This document shows positions 1 to 10,218 of a DNA stretch of 36,354 bases, in pieces. Position numbers and translations under genes: made by a program. This DNA is from Clostridiales bacterium UBA4653 (lineage in GTDB: Bacteria > Bacillota > Clostridia > Oscillospirales > CAG-272), in NCBI GenBank assembly GCA_002405565.1, contig DHMB01000020.1:8241-44594 (forward strand), read 5' to 3'. The notes beneath the pieces were generated by a model. It searched no databases, was not told the origin of the DNA, and saw only the letters and a program-made list of their open reading frames with translations. Numbering within the stretch: position 1 is the stretch's first letter; every line of letters starts with the position of its first letter.

Positions 1-1
1 C

Positions 2-664
2 ATTTTTTCCGTTGCGATAGTCGGATATACGAACGCTGGAAAATCGACTTTGCTCAACGCTCTGACGGGCGCGGGAATCCTCGCTGAGGACAAGCTCTTT
101 GCGACTCTCGATACGACAACGAGAAAATATTCTCTCCCGTCGGGAGAGGAAATCCTGCTGACGGACACCGTCGGCTTTATACGCAATCTGCCGCACCATC
201 TTATAGACGCTTTCAAGTCAACTCTGGAGGAAGTGAAGTTTGCGGACGCGCTGATGATAGTCGTCGACGCGAGCGACCCGGAGTGCGCAGCGCAGATAGA
301 CGTTACGGAAAAGCTGATATCCGAGCTTGGCGCGGGCGGACTTCCCGTGCTGTATGTTTTCAATAAATGCGATATCGGAATAAGAGATGTTTCTCCGTCA
401 TCTGACGGCGCGAAAAGAGAACGCGTCTTCATCTCCGCAAAGACGGGAGAAGGACTCTCCGAGCTTTCCGAAAAGCTCGAAAAACTCGCTCACGGCGGCA
501 AAAAACAGCTGACGTTCGTTTTCCCGCACAGCGACATTTCAAAGAAAAACATCCTTTATAAAAATGCAACCGTCCTCTCCGAGGAATACGGCGAGGAGGG
601 CGTGACCGTTGTTGCCGTGGCGGATGAAAAAACGGCGGGTCAGCTGAAAAACTATATAAAGTAA
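2..664 (+). CDS. hflX: GTPase HflX, C-terminal part (5'-truncated by window edge)
   Basis: Frame 2 is open from nt 2. Translation begins IFSVAIVGYTNAGKSTLLNALTG (P-loop G1), followed by DTTT (G2), DTVGF (G3) and NKCD (G4). The ORF track shows it only from an internal TTG at 50. Stop TAA at 662-664. Confidence 0.85.
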   Translation: MFSVAIVGYTNAGKSTLLNALTGAGILAEDKLFATLDTTTRKYSLPSGEEILLTDTVGFIRNLPHHLIDAFKSTLEEVKFADALMIVVDASDPECAAQIDVTEKLISELGAGGLPVLYVFNKCDIGIRDVSPSSDGAKRERVFISAKTGEGLSELSEKLEKLAHGGKKQLTFVFPHSDISKKNILYKNATVLSEEYGEEGVTVVAVADEKTAGQLKNYIK

Positions 665-699
665 ACCGAAAAAGAATATATCCGGAGAGGAGAAGACCA

Positions 700-1323
700 A
701 TGGCGACAGAAGCCCTGACGACCCTCGGAAAACGGGGGACATTTGAATTCACGGAGAAAAAGTCCGTTTTTATCGGCTATGCCGCGCCCGTTTCAAGCGA
801 GTCGGAGGCGCTCGCTTTCGTTGCGGAAATAAAAGCGAAGCACTCCGACGCAAGGCACAACGTTTCGGCGTATGTCGTCGGCGGGGCGTGCCACGCAAGC
901 GATGACGGCGAGCCGCAGGGAACCGGCGGGGTGCCGGTGCTTGATGTCATCCGCAAGAGCGGAATTGACAATGCCGCAGTTGTCGTCACAAGGTATTTCG
1001 GGGGGATACTCCTCGGAGCGGGAGGACTTGTCCGCGCTTATTCAAAAGCTGCGGCGGGTGCCGTTGCGGAGGCGGGAGCCGTCACCTATGAGCTTTTTTC
1101 CGAATGTGAATTCACCTGCCCCTATCCCGATTATGACAGGCTCCTCTATGAGCTCGGACGTTATACGACAATAATCGACGGCACGGAATTTCTCTCCGAG
1201 GTAAAGGTTAGATTTGCGATACTCTCGGCGGAGGAGAATGCGTTTTCGGGGAGAATAAGCGAGATGACGGGCGGCAAATGCCGCGTTTTGCATACGGGAC
1301 AGCGCTTTGACGCAAAAAAATAA
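700..1323 (+). CDS. yigZ: IMPACT/YigZ family protein (UPF0029)
   Basis: 207 aa. Contains EKKSVFIGY, ARHNVSAY, DDGEPQGTGG and the diagnostic VVVTRYFGGILLGAGGLVRAY block. GGAGAGGAG SD upstream of the ATG. Confidence 0.8.
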   Translation: MATEALTTLGKRGTFEFTEKKSVFIGYAAPVSSESEALAFVAEIKAKHSDARHNVSAYVVGGACHASDDGEPQGTGGVPVLDVIRKSGIDNAAVVVTRYFGGILLGAGGLVRAYSKAAAGAVAEAGAVTYELFSECEFTCPYPDYDRLLYELGRYTTIIDGTEFLSEVKVRFAILSAEENAFSGRISEMTGGKCRVLHTGQRFDAKK

Positions 1324-1427
1324 CGCGGAAATGTCGGAAAATCGTTGAAAAATCAAAATAAAAAAAGGATTTCCGCAAAATATTTCGTATCTTACAATCA
1401 AATAATAAAAGACAGGAGATTTTTGCC

Positions 1428-2423
1428 TTGACCGTAACGGAAATGCTTATGGAGCGCGAAAGAAACACCCTTTCTCCTTATGCCTGCCTTTCGGAAAACA
1501 CGAAGGGACGTGTCCGCCCGATTGCGCCGTGCACAATGAGAACGGAATTCCAGCGAGACAGAGACAGAATTATTCATTGCAAATCCTTCCGCAGACTCAT
1601 GAACAAAACGCAGGTTTTCCTCTGCCCGGAGGACGACCATTACAGAACCCGTCTGACGCACACCCTTGAAGTCACGCAGATCGCGAGGACGATTGCGAGA
1701 GGGCTTTCCTTAAATGAAGACCTGGCAGAGGCGGCGGGGCTCGGTCATGACCTCGGTCATCCGCCGTTTGCCCATGCCGGCGAGCGCGCGCTGATGGAAT
1801 GTTTTGACCCGGGATTTACTCATTACTATCAGAGCCTGCGCGTCGTTGACAAGCTCGAAAAGGGCGGAAAGGGGCTGAATCTCACCTTTGAAGTCCGTGA
1901 CGCAATAGTCAACCATTCGGGCAGCAACTCCGCGTCGACCCTTGAAGGGAAGATAATCAAATTTGCGGACAGAATTGCTTATATCAATCACGATATAGAC
2001 GACGCGATAAGGGCGAAAATCCTTCGTCCGGAGGATTTACCCAAAAAACTGACGGACATCCTCGGCGATACACATTCAAAGCGTATCGGAACGCTTGTCA
2101 GCTCTGTAATCGAGCAGAGCACGGGCAAAAACGATATAATTATGGAAGAAACCATCCATTCCGCAATGCTTGAGCTCCGCGAATTTCTTTTTGAAAGGGT
2201 ATACAGAAATCCAGAGGCGAAGGGCGAAGAGGGGCGCGCGATGGATATGCTCAAGCGCCTTTACGAATACTTTGTGCAGAACCCGGACAAAATGCCCGAG
2301 GAATACAATATTGACGAAAGCGATTCTGTCGAACGTCGCGCCTGCGACTATATCTGCGGAATGACTGACAGATACGCAATAAACACTTTCGAGCGCATTT
2401 TTGTGCCGAAGGTCTGGAAATAA
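1428..2423 (+). CDS. dgt: HD-domain dGTP triphosphohydrolase-like protein
   Basis: 331 aa. Contains FQRDRDRIIHCKSFRRL, RTRLTHTLEVTQIARTIARGL and GLGHDLGHPPFAHAGE (HD metal site), and ends DYICGMTDRYA. TTG start with AGGAG 9 nt upstream. Confidence 0.85.
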   Translation: MTVTEMLMERERNTLSPYACLSENTKGRVRPIAPCTMRTEFQRDRDRIIHCKSFRRLMNKTQVFLCPEDDHYRTRLTHTLEVTQIARTIARGLSLNEDLAEAAGLGHDLGHPPFAHAGERALMECFDPGFTHYYQSLRVVDKLEKGGKGLNLTFEVRDAIVNHSGSNSASTLEGKIIKFADRIAYINHDIDDAIRAKILRPEDLPKKLTDILGDTHSKRIGTLVSSVIEQSTGKNDIIMEETIHSAMLELREFLFERVYRNPEAKGEEGRAMDMLKRLYEYFVQNPDKMPEEYNIDESDSVERRACDYICGMTDRYAINTFERIFVPKVWK

Positions 2424-2446
2424 AACAGAAAAGGAGGTAACCCGAT

Positions 2447-4204
2447 TTGAAAATCACGCCGGAATTCATAGACGATCTCAAATTCCGAAACAGAATAGAA
2501 GAGGTTATCTCCATGTACGTAACCCTCAAGCGGGCGGGCTCGAGACTTGTCGGGCTTTGTCCGTTCCATTCGGAAAAGACGCCGTCGTTTACGGTGTTCA
2601 CCGATACAAACAGCTATCATTGCTTCGGCTGCGGAGCGGGGGGTGACGTCATAACCTTTGTTATGGCGGCTGAAAACCTCGATTACCTCGGCGCGCTCGA
2701 ATTTCTCTGCAACCGCGTCGGCATGAAAATGCCCGATACGGACGGGGAAAAAAGCGAATCCGGCAGGCGAAGAAGATTTTATGATATGAACAGGGAGGCG
2801 GCGAGGTTCTTTCATGCGTCGCTTTCAAAGCCGGGGGCGGAGAACGCCGTCGACTATCTTATGAACAAGCGTAAGTTGCCGAAATCGGCGATTACGCGCT
2901 TCGGACTCGGCTATGCGCCGGACAGCTTTGACGCCTTGCGCAGTCACATGATATCGCTCGGATATAAGGACGAGGAGCTGAAAGAGGCGTTTCTCTGCGG
3001 CAAGACCAAAACGGGCAAATATTTTGACTATTTCAGGGGAAGAATAATGTTCCCCATAATAGACAATTTCGGTAATGTGATTGCTTTCGGCGGACGAGCC
3101 ATCGGGGATAAGGAGCCGAAATATCTCAACAGCTCCGATACGCCCGTTTTCAAAAAGAGCCGAAACCTTTATTCGCTGAATTTCGCGAGAACGTGTTGCT
3201 CCGAGGAGCTGATACTCTGCGAGGGGTATATGGACGTTATCGGAGTCAACCTTGCGGGGCTTTCAAACGCTGTCGCAACTCTCGGCACGGCGCTTACGAC
3301 CGATCAGGCAAGGATAATGGCGAAGTATACGAAAAAGGTTGTCATCGCATATGACAGCGACGGCGCCGGAACTGCTGCGACGAAAAGAGCCATACCCATG
3401 CTCACCGACGCGGGTCTTGAAGTCCGCGTGCTCCATATGGAAGGAGCGAAAGACCCGGACGAATATGTCAAAAAGTTCGGGGCGGAAAAATTCCGCGCGC
3501 TTGTTGCGGAGAGCGAGGGCAAGCTGGAATTTCTGCTCGGCTCCGTGCTGAAAAAGTATAATGTCGACATACCGGACGAGAAGATAAAGGCGGCGGAGGA
3601 GCTTTGCGGCATTGCCGCTGATATCGAATCGAATGTCGAACGCGAGGTTTATATCGGCAAGATCGCGTCCGCTCTCGGGCTTGAAGTCGCAAACGTCCGC
3701 AGCGATACGGAACGCAAGCGCAGATACAGAAAAAAAGACCGCGAGGCGGAGGAAAAGCGGAAGATAGTCATGAGCTCGCTCGGCGTCGGAGACAGGGTCA
3801 ACCGCGACTACGCAAAGAACGTCAAAGCCGCGCATGCGGAGGAAACCGTTCTCGGGCTGATGCTTCTTTTTCCGGAGTATACCGAGCAGGTCAGGAGCGG
3901 GAAAACGGAGCTGACGGAGGATGACTTCGTCACCGAATTCAACAGGAGAGTTTTTCAGAGACTCATCGAACGCGGCAGTGAAGGGGGCTTCGGCGCGTTC
4001 GCCGACGAGTTTTCGCCGGAGGAGATTTCGAGGATGTCGTCAATGCTTGTCGCAAGGCAGGAGCTGACGGACAACAGCGAAAGAGTCTTTGAAGAAAGTA
4101 TAAAGTCACTTAAAAACGCAGTCGCCGATTCGCGCGAAAAAACGGATGGCGATATTGATTCGCTTATGAAATTGATAGAGCGGAAAAAGCGTCAGAATAA
4201 GTAA
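2447..4204 (+). CDS. dnaG: DNA primase
   Basis: 585 aa. Zinc-binding CPFHSEKTPSFTV...YHCFGCGAGGDVITF, RNA polymerase core (GRIMFPI, FGGRA, KYLNS), TOPRIM EGYMDVI and AYDSDGAG. TTG start with AAGGAGG 9 nt upstream. Confidence 0.95.
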   Translation: MKITPEFIDDLKFRNRIEEVISMYVTLKRAGSRLVGLCPFHSEKTPSFTVFTDTNSYHCFGCGAGGDVITFVMAAENLDYLGALEFLCNRVGMKMPDTDGEKSESGRRRRFYDMNREAARFFHASLSKPGAENAVDYLMNKRKLPKSAITRFGLGYAPDSFDALRSHMISLGYKDEELKEAFLCGKTKTGKYFDYFRGRIMFPIIDNFGNVIAFGGRAIGDKEPKYLNSSDTPVFKKSRNLYSLNFARTCCSEELILCEGYMDVIGVNLAGLSNAVATLGTALTTDQARIMAKYTKKVVIAYDSDGAGTAATKRAIPMLTDAGLEVRVLHMEGAKDPDEYVKKFGAEKFRALVAESEGKLEFLLGSVLKKYNVDIPDEKIKAAEELCGIAADIESNVEREVYIGKIASALGLEVANVRSDTERKRRYRKKDREAEEKRKIVMSSLGVGDRVNRDYAKNVKAAHAEETVLGLMLLFPEYTEQVRSGKTELTEDDFVTEFNRRVFQRLIERGSEGGFGAFADEFSPEEISRMSSMLVARQELTDNSERVFEESIKSLKNAVADSREKTDGDIDSLMKLIERKKRQNK

Positions 4205-4245
4205 AGCAAAAAGAAAAGAATACATAAATTTCGGAGGGAAATTCA

Positions 4246-5613
4246 ATGCTTGAAGACACAAACAAGACCGTCACGGCGGAAACGCCCGCGGAGGAGGAAC
4301 ATAAGGCGCCGAAAAAGAAATCCGGCAAGAAAACGACCGTAAAGGAAACGGCTGTGGCGGAGCCTGCCGAAGTGACGGAAGTCAAAGCCGAGGAGCCTGC
4401 GGCAGAACATCACACGACGAAGAAAAAGAGCACTTCCAAGTCGCACACGGCAAAGAAAACCGAAGAGACACCGGCAGCTGCCACACCCGCAGAGGTCAAG
4501 CCCGAGGGTGAACGCAAGGAGAAAAACGAAATTCAGGATATAATCGACAAGGCGAAGGCTAAGGGCTCGATATCGAACAGCGAAATAATGGTTTCCCTCG
4601 GCGATACGGATTATGACCTTGATCAGATAGACAAGCTCTATGAAACTCTCGAATCGATGGGAATAGACGTCACGGAGGATTTTGATGACGACGAGCCGAT
4701 CGATCTTGACGAGGATATAGAAGCCGATCTTGAAAATTTCGAAAGCTCCGAGAGCATGGAAAAAGCCCTTTCTCAGGAAGGACTTATGATAGACGACCCC
4801 GTCAAAATGTACCTTAAAGAGATCGGCAGAGTGCCGCTTCTTTCGGCGGAAAGAGAAGCCGAGCTTTCAAAGCGTATGGCGGAGGGCGACGAAAAAGCAA
4901 AGCAGGAGCTTGTCGAAGCGAACCTGCGTCTTGTTGTCAGCATTGCGAAGAAATATGTCGGCAAGGGACTTTTCTTCCTCGACCTTATTCAGGAAGGAAA
5001 CCTCGGTCTTATGAAGGCTGTTTCCAAATTCGACTACACAAAGGGATATAAATTCTCAACATATGCGACATGGTGGATCCGTCAGGCGATAACGCGTGCG
5101 ATTGCAGATCAGGCGCGCACGATAAGAATTCCCGTGCACATGGTTGAAACGATACACAAGTATACAAAGGTGTCGCGCCAGATGCTTCAGGAACAGGGCA
5201 GAGAGGTCACTCCCGAGGAGATTGCCAAGGAAATGAACATGAGTCCCGAGAAAATCCGCGAGATAATCAAGGTTGCGCAGGATCCGATTTCTCTTGAAAC
5301 GCCTGTCGGTGAGGAAGAAGACAGTCACATCGGCGACTTTATCGAAGATCAGGACTCTCCCGCTCCCGCAGACGCCGCTTCGTATGCGCTTCTCCGCGAG
5401 CAGCTCTGCGAAGTCCTTCACACGCTCACCCCGAGAGAGGAACACGTTCTCAAGCTCCGTTTCGGTCTTGAGGACGGAAGAGCAAGAACGCTTGAGGAAG
5501 TCGGTCAGAAATTCAACATAACGAGAGAGAGAATACGTCAGATCGAGGCGAAGGCTCTGCGCAAGCTCCGTCATCCCAGCCGTTCAAAGAAGCTCAAGGA
5601 CTATCTTGACTGA
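4246..5613 (+). CDS. rpoD: Primary RNA polymerase sigma factor (sigma-70/SigA) with a ~95-aa Lys/Glu/Thr/Ala-rich N-terminal extension
   Basis: 455 aa. Region 2 is [54 protein letters not shown]. Region 4.2 is [30 protein letters not shown]. Sits in the classic dnaG-rpoD arrangement. Confidence 0.95.
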   Translation: MLEDTNKTVTAETPAEEEHKAPKKKSGKKTTVKETAVAEPAEVTEVKAEEPAAEHHTTKKKSTSKSHTAKKTEETPAAATPAEVKPEGERKEKNEIQDIIDKAKAKGSISNSEIMVSLGDTDYDLDQIDKLYETLESMGIDVTEDFDDDEPIDLDEDIEADLENFESSESMEKALSQEGLMIDDPVKMYLKEIGRVPLLSAEREAELSKRMAEGDEKAKQELVEANLRLVVSIAKKYVGKGLFFLDLIQEGNLGLMKAVSKFDYTKGYKFSTYATWWIRQAITRAIADQARTIRIPVHMVETIHKYTKVSRQMLQEQGREVTPEEIAKEMNMSPEKIREIIKVAQDPISLETPVGEEEDSHIGDFIEDQDSPAPADAASYALLREQLCEVLHTLTPREEHVLKLRFGLEDGRARTLEEVGQKFNITRERIRQIEAKALRKLRHPSRSKKLKDYLD

Positions 5614-5642
5614 TAAATTTTTATTTGCATAATACACAACAT

Positions 5643-5712
5643 TCTGCCGCGCAGTTTGAACTTTGTGCATATTACGATTGTGCATAAGGCAAAATACGCG
5701 GCAGACTTTTTT
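5643..5712 (+). terminator. Candidate long-loop terminator after rpoD
   Basis: tctgccgcg (5643-5651) pairs perfectly with cgcggcaga (5697-5705) and is followed by c+TTTTTT (5707-5712). The 45-nt loop is atypically long and contains a ttgtgcata direct repeat (5663-5671, 5678-5686). Confidence 0.35.
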
Positions 5713-5787
5713 GTGAATAATGACAATAAATCGGCAAATCGGGCTCAAAAACGGCGAAGGCTACGGGCGCTTAAATCAAATTATCAC

Positions 5788-5816
5788 TTGACACAATGGG
5801 CGTTTTGTAGTAATAT
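5788..5816 (+). promoter_or_regulatory. Sigma-A-type promoter candidate for the lipoprotein gene
   Basis: TTGACA (5788-5793), 17-nt spacer, TAATAT (5811-5816), about 80 nt upstream of ATG 5899. Confidence 0.45.
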
Positions 5817-5898
5817 TATTATATATCATTATAGCTTCGCGTATTGTTTATCGCAAAATTACCAGTAAGCAAGAAACTTTTTTCGGAGGAAAAATTCC

Positions 5899-8800
5899 AT
5901 GTCAAAGAAAATCTTAAGTCTGATACTTGCCGCCGTAATGCTTTTCGGCGCGCTTGCAATGACGGGTTGTACTCTTTTTGATAAAACAGAGCCGACCGCA
6001 ACGGACGACCGCCTGCCGACGACACTCAACGTTGTCGGTATAACAGAGGCATCGACGACGCCCGAGGCTGTTGCCGCTGTCGAGGCGGAGATAAACAAGA
6101 TCCTCGTTGCAAGATATGAGACAAAAATCAAGCTCACACTTGTCACAGAGGACGAATATTACAAGCTCATCGACGAGAGAATTGCCGAGAAGAAACATCT
6201 TGACAATCTCGACGCAGCTGTCGCGCAGTACAACAAGTACATGCAGAAGCTCGCAGACGAGCAGACAAAGCTCGCCGCTTCCATCAGCAAAAAGTCGAGA
6301 AGCAAATGGAAGAAGGACAATGTCACGATTCCCGCGGAGACCGTTTCGACAAGACTCAGATATACCGCGGAGCAGACGACGGTTGACGAAGGCGGTATCA
6401 TTTCAATCGTATATCCCGATCCCGAATCGCCCATCGATATAGTGATGGTGGCGGGTAAGGATATGTACGATTATTTCGATAAGAACGCGATTATCGCTTC
6501 GATTTCGTCATATCTGAAGACAGAGAACTATCAGAAGCTCAATCAGTATATCTATCCCACGTATTTCACGCAGATGTCCGCAATGACGGGCGACGTGAAA
6601 GCTGTTCCTTCAAATAATCTTCTTGCTGAATACACATATATCGTTGTCAAAAAAGACCTTGCGGATAAATACGGATTCAATATAGAAAATGTCAGCAATT
6701 ATTCGGATCTTTCCGCTTTCCTTGCTTCCGTTAAGGAAAACGAGAGCATAAAGCCGATGAAGGAAGCTCCCGAGGCGCTCGGAATCTTCTATCCGTTCGG
6801 AAAGGACGTTGCGATCGCGGCATATGCAGATCCTATGTACGGTTATAACGTCGAAGAGGACAAGAAATTCACAATAAACAACCTCTTCGATATTCCTCAG
6901 TACACAGATCACCTCAAACTTATGTCCGAATACACGGAGCTCGGCTATTTTGACGGTGAAGGCGATTCCTTCGCGGTTGCCGCAGTTGTCGGTGACGCTT
7001 CCGTTGAAAAGACATACGGCGATGACTATTATGTCAAGGTTGTTCAGAATCCGTTTGTAACGGAGACAGATATATTTGAAGGCATGCTCGCAGTAAGCGC
7101 TTACACTTCAAGCGAGGAGCGTTCTCTTGAAGTCATTCAGGCGTTCAGCACAACGCCCGAACTCAAGAACCTTCTTCAGTACGGTATCAAGGATGTAAAC
7201 TACTCCGTAAACGACGACGGGCTCACAATAAAGCGCCTCAACAGCGATTATATGATGAACACTTCGCTCACCGGTAACGTTTACATGGGCTACCCCGACG
7301 AGGGTCAGTACGGAGATCAGTGGAGCTATTACAAGGTCACAAACCTTTCCTCTCTCCTCTCTCCCTTCCTCGTTTACTATATGAACGATGATACAGTCGA
7401 CGGCGAGATGAACAATATTTTCAAGAGAGTTGCTCTTGAAGAGGCGTTCGGCAACGTCGGCACGACATATGACTGGTACCTTGAAAACGAAAGCAAAACA
7501 ACCGGCGCAAGCAAGTTCCTTGAGCTCAAGCGTTACTACAAGGATTATCTCAAAGAATGTCTCCGCGCGGACGGCGTCAGAGAGTCAAACCTTGACGCGG
7601 CTATCGAAAGCTCAACAATCAGAAACAACGACTGGTTCATCGAAAAGCTTGTTGACAAGATTGTCGGTGAAAAGTATGCCGATATCATATCGTCCTCCGG
7701 CGTTGACGCGCTCGTTCAGAAAAAGCTTACCGAGATAATCGGCGTTGATTATGCAAAGACATCCTCATCCGGAAATTCGTTTGAAAAATACAGAACGGAC
7801 GCCGCTCAGTATTATACGAACATCAAATACCTCCGTATAATGGCGGATATGCTCCTTTTCGATGAGCTTGACGAAGCCGAAAAGGCAAAGTATGACGAAA
7901 TGTCCGATACGGAATTTGAGAAGGCACTTCTTGCATTCGTAACCGAAAACTATATAAAGAACAACGAACTCACGGAAGAGAAGTATTCGGAGCTTGTAAA
8001 GGCTTATATCTGCTCTCTTATGACCTTCTCCGACGACCTCGGAAACACATACTCCGTCGGTTGGGATGACATTGCCGATACGCTCAAAAAGGCAGAGCCG
8101 TTCGTTGAGGCTTCGGAAACTCTGAAGAACGAATATGCGGATCTTCTTGCCGAAAACAATTACAACACAGACAGCTCAAGCGCAACGCCTGCCGCTGTTG
8201 TGACCAAGATACACGATCTGCTCTATGCGCAGTATCTCGAAGAGCAGGGCGTTTCGATGGCTGAATTCCAGAACAGCCTTTATGACGAAATCTTTGCTCC
8301 TTACGGTCTTACAAAAGCCGAAGCGGATGAGGTTCGCAAGAAGGACAAAACGACATATGACTCTTATATATCAAAGATAAAGTCCAAATACAAGACAGCT
8401 ATAAGAGAAGTATACTCCGCAGAGAAGTATAAGGAGAAGGGCTCAATGGCTCTTACATCCTCCGAAATACTGACGGTTGTCCTTGACCATCTCATAGAAG
8501 AAAGAACTCAGATCTATCACACGATGTGCGATAAAGCCGGCATAAGTTACAGCGAATTCAGAACAACAAGAACCTATATGACCGACTATATCAAGTATGT
8601 AAACATGATGAGAACCAAGAACACATACACGCTCTCAACGGTTTACACGACAAGCGAGATCAACGCTCTCAAGTATAACGAGATTCAGGACGTTGTATAT
8701 AAGACGATCTATGATGTCGGTTATTATACGAACGAAATGGTCAAGCTCGTCGGTTCTTCGCTCGCTGACTACACGAGTGCAAAGTCAAGCGCAAGCAAAT

Positions 8801-9135
8801 ATATTGCCGCGCTCGACAAGCTCATCAATTATTACAAGGATGAGATCGTTGCTCTCGGATATGACATTGACGACTTCAGAAACATGGATCCCGAAGTCAT
8901 CGAGGACGTTATCTATGGTATCGCAACGAAGGAATGCTCTGAAGGCAAGATTACTCTTGAAACTTATATGAAAGCGCTCTCAAAGAAGTATGTGGACGGT
9001 ATCGCGACCGCAGAAAACATTGAGGATTACTGCAAAGAAGCTTCCGCGGCTCTCCATGGCGACGCTCTCTTCGACGCAATTCCGAAGGAACTCGACAGAG
9101 CAAAGGAAACAAAGCTCTCAGAGGAAACAAAATAA
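5899..9135 (+). CDS. Large lipoprotein of unknown function, possibly extracellular solute-binding-like at the N-terminus
   Basis: 1078 aa. Signal peptide MSKKILSLILAAVMLFGALAMTGC with the lipobox Cys at codon 24 (5968-5970). Good SD (GGAGGA). Own promoter candidate and own terminator. No permease or ATPase genes nearby. The functional call is weak. Confidence 0.8.
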   Translation: MSKKILSLILAAVMLFGALAMTGCTLFDKTEPTATDDRLPTTLNVVGITEASTTPEAVAAVEAEINKILVARYETKIKLTLVTEDEYYKLIDERIAEKKHLDNLDAAVAQYNKYMQKLADEQTKLAASISKKSRSKWKKDNVTIPAETVSTRLRYTAEQTTVDEGGIISIVYPDPESPIDIVMVAGKDMYDYFDKNAIIASISSYLKTENYQKLNQYIYPTYFTQMSAMTGDVKAVPSNNLLAEYTYIVVKKDLADKYGFNIENVSNYSDLSAFLASVKENESIKPMKEAPEALGIFYPFGKDVAIAAYADPMYGYNVEEDKKFTINNLFDIPQYTDHLKLMSEYTELGYFDGEGDSFAVAAVVGDASVEKTYGDDYYVKVVQNPFVTETDIFEGMLAVSAYTSSEERSLEVIQAFSTTPELKNLLQYGIKDVNYSVNDDGLTIKRLNSDYMMNTSLTGNVYMGYPDEGQYGDQWSYYKVTNLSSLLSPFLVYYMNDDTVDGEMNNIFKRVALEEAFGNVGTTYDWYLENESKTTGASKFLELKRYYKDYLKECLRADGVRESNLDAAIESSTIRNNDWFIEKLVDKIVGEKYADIISSSGVDALVQKKLTEIIGVDYAKTSSSGNSFEKYRTDAAQYYTNIKYLRIMADMLLFDELDEAEKAKYDEMSDTEFEKALLAFVTENYIKNNELTEEKYSELVKAYICSLMTFSDDLGNTYSVGWDDIADTLKKAEPFVEASETLKNEYADLLAENNYNTDSSSATPAAVVTKIHDLLYAQYLEEQGVSMAEFQNSLYDEIFAPYGLTKAEADEVRKKDKTTYDSYISKIKSKYKTAIREVYSAEKYKEKGSMALTSSEILTVVLDHLIEERTQIYHTMCDKAGISYSEFRTTRTYMTDYIKYVNMMRTKNTYTLSTVYTTSEINALKYNEIQDVVYKTIYDVGYYTNEMVKLVGSSLADYTSAKSSASKYIAALDKLINYYKDEIVALGYDIDDFRNMDPEVIEDVIYGIATKECSEGKITLETYMKALSKKYVDGIATAENIEDYCKEASAALHGDALFDAIPKELDRAKETKLSEETK

Positions 9136-9150
9136 TCCGGACTCAAAGCA

Positions 9151-9178
9151 GGAGCCGACCGAAAGGTCGGCTCTTTTT
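9151..9178 (+). terminator. Rho-independent terminator of the lipoprotein gene
   Basis: Stem gagccgacc (9151-9159), GAAA tetraloop, stem ggtcggctc (9164-9172), then TTTTT (9173-9177). Begins 16 nt after the stop codon. Confidence 0.8.
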
Positions 9179-9266
9179 GTTTTGCGACTTGATACCGTAC
9201 AAAATGCGACGGACGTTTTTCGGCTGTTTTGAAAGTTGAAACGGCAAGCGTCGGCGACATCCTGCG

Positions 9267-9295
9267 GAATATTTTCCGTCAGCCGATAATATAAA
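9267..9295 (+). promoter_or_regulatory. Weak sigma-E-like promoter candidate upstream of spoIIIAA
   Basis: GAATATT (9267-9273) fits the -35 as I recall it for B. subtilis sigma-E (kmATATT). After a 14-nt spacer, AATATAAA matches CATACAhT only 5/8. The 12-nt motif cggaatattttc occurs twice (9265-9276, 9305-9316). Confidence 0.2.
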
Positions 9296-9348
9296 TTTAT
9301 CACACGGAATATTTTCGGAGGGGCGTTACGGAAGAACGACTTGAAAAA

Positions 9349-10218
9349 GTGATAAAATATCTGCCGCGGGAAAAGGCGGAGGCGATTGCGTCATTCTGCG
9401 CCGAAAGGCTTGACGGCGGGAAAAACGTAACGGAGATAAGACTTCGCGCCGGTGCGCCGCTCTCGCTTACCGTCGGCATGAAAAATGTTATCCTGCCGCG
9501 GACGGTGGTGTCCGTATCAAGCGAGAGGGAGCTCGGCGAAACGCTCGGCAGACTCTGCGAGGACTCTGTCCACACATACAGCGAAACGATAAAAGAGGGC
9601 TATGTCACCCTCTCCGGCGGATACAGAATAGGTGTTTGCGGCAGTGCAAGAAGCGAGGGGGAAAAGGTGAAAGGGGTTTACCTTATAAGCTCGCTCTGCA
9701 TAAGAATTCCGCACGCGATAACAGGCGTTTGCGGCGAGCTTCTCGACGAGATAAAAACAGAAAAAGGCTTGCTCTCCGCCTTGATTTATTCGCCTCCCGG
9801 AGAGGGGAAAACGACTCTCCTCCGCGACGCGGCGAGAAGACTTTCGACAGGGGCGGACGCGATAAGGGTGTGCATTATAGACACAAGGGGAGAAATATAT
9901 CTTTCAGAGCTTTTTTCGGGCTGTATTGCCGACGTTATGTACGGTTATCCGCGGGCAAAGGGAATGGAGATTGCGGCGAGGACGATGTCGGCGCAGCTTA
10001 TCGTTTGCGATGAGATAGGCACGGCGGATGAGGCGGAGGCGATAATCTCCGTTTCAAACACTGGCGTGCCGCTTCTTGCCTCGGCGCACGGGAGCTCGTT
10101 TGATGATCTCATGCGTCGGCCGCCGCTCAAAAAGCTCGCGCAGGCGGGCGTTTTCGGTAAATATATCGGCATAAGGCGGAATGGCGGAGGATATGCGCTC
10201 TCCGTCGACGAAGTATGA
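9349..10218 (+). CDS. spoIIIAA: Stage III sporulation protein AA (ATPase)
   Basis: 289 aa. Walker A SPPGEGKTTLLRD and Walker B-like LIVCDEIG. First gene of an 8-gene array with the spoIIIA size and TM pattern. GTG start, with no in-frame alternative before the upstream stop. The SD is poorly placed, so the start is uncertain. Confidence 0.88.
   Translation: MIKYLPREKAEAIASFCAERLDGGKNVTEIRLRAGAPLSLTVGMKNVILPRTVVSVSSERELGETLGRLCEDSVHTYSETIKEGYVTLSGGYRIGVCGSARSEGEKVKGVYLISSLCIRIPHAITGVCGELLDEIKTEKGLLSALIYSPPGEGKTTLLRDAARRLSTGADAIRVCIIDTRGEIYLSELFSGCIADVMYGYPRAKGMEIAARTMSAQLIVCDEIGTADEAEAIISVSNTGVPLLASAHGSSFDDLMRRPPLKKLAQAGVFGKYIGIRRNGGGYALSVDEV

Noticed and set aside
3263-5574. Antisense ORFs of 170-190 aa inside dnaG and rpoD (3263-3835, 5056-5574). 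Similar ones lie inside spoIIIAE, the vWA gene and the tubulin-like genes (for example 12010-12567, 19981-20517, 25529-26017, 26512-26997, 28798-29337).
   Set aside because: Each lies fully inside a strongly supported + strand gene. Their compositions are biased and they carry no motifs.
5663-5686. The direct repeat ttgtgcata (two copies, 15-nt period) downstream of rpoD, considered as a possible operator.
   Set aside because: It is short, has only two copies, and sits in the loop of a putative terminator. It matches no regulator site I know, so it is insufficient to call.
5656-5868. A 70-aa + ORF in the rpoD-lipoprotein intergenic region.
   Set aside because: It has a non-ATG start without an SD, spans the putative terminator and promoter, and has an AT-rich low-complexity translation.
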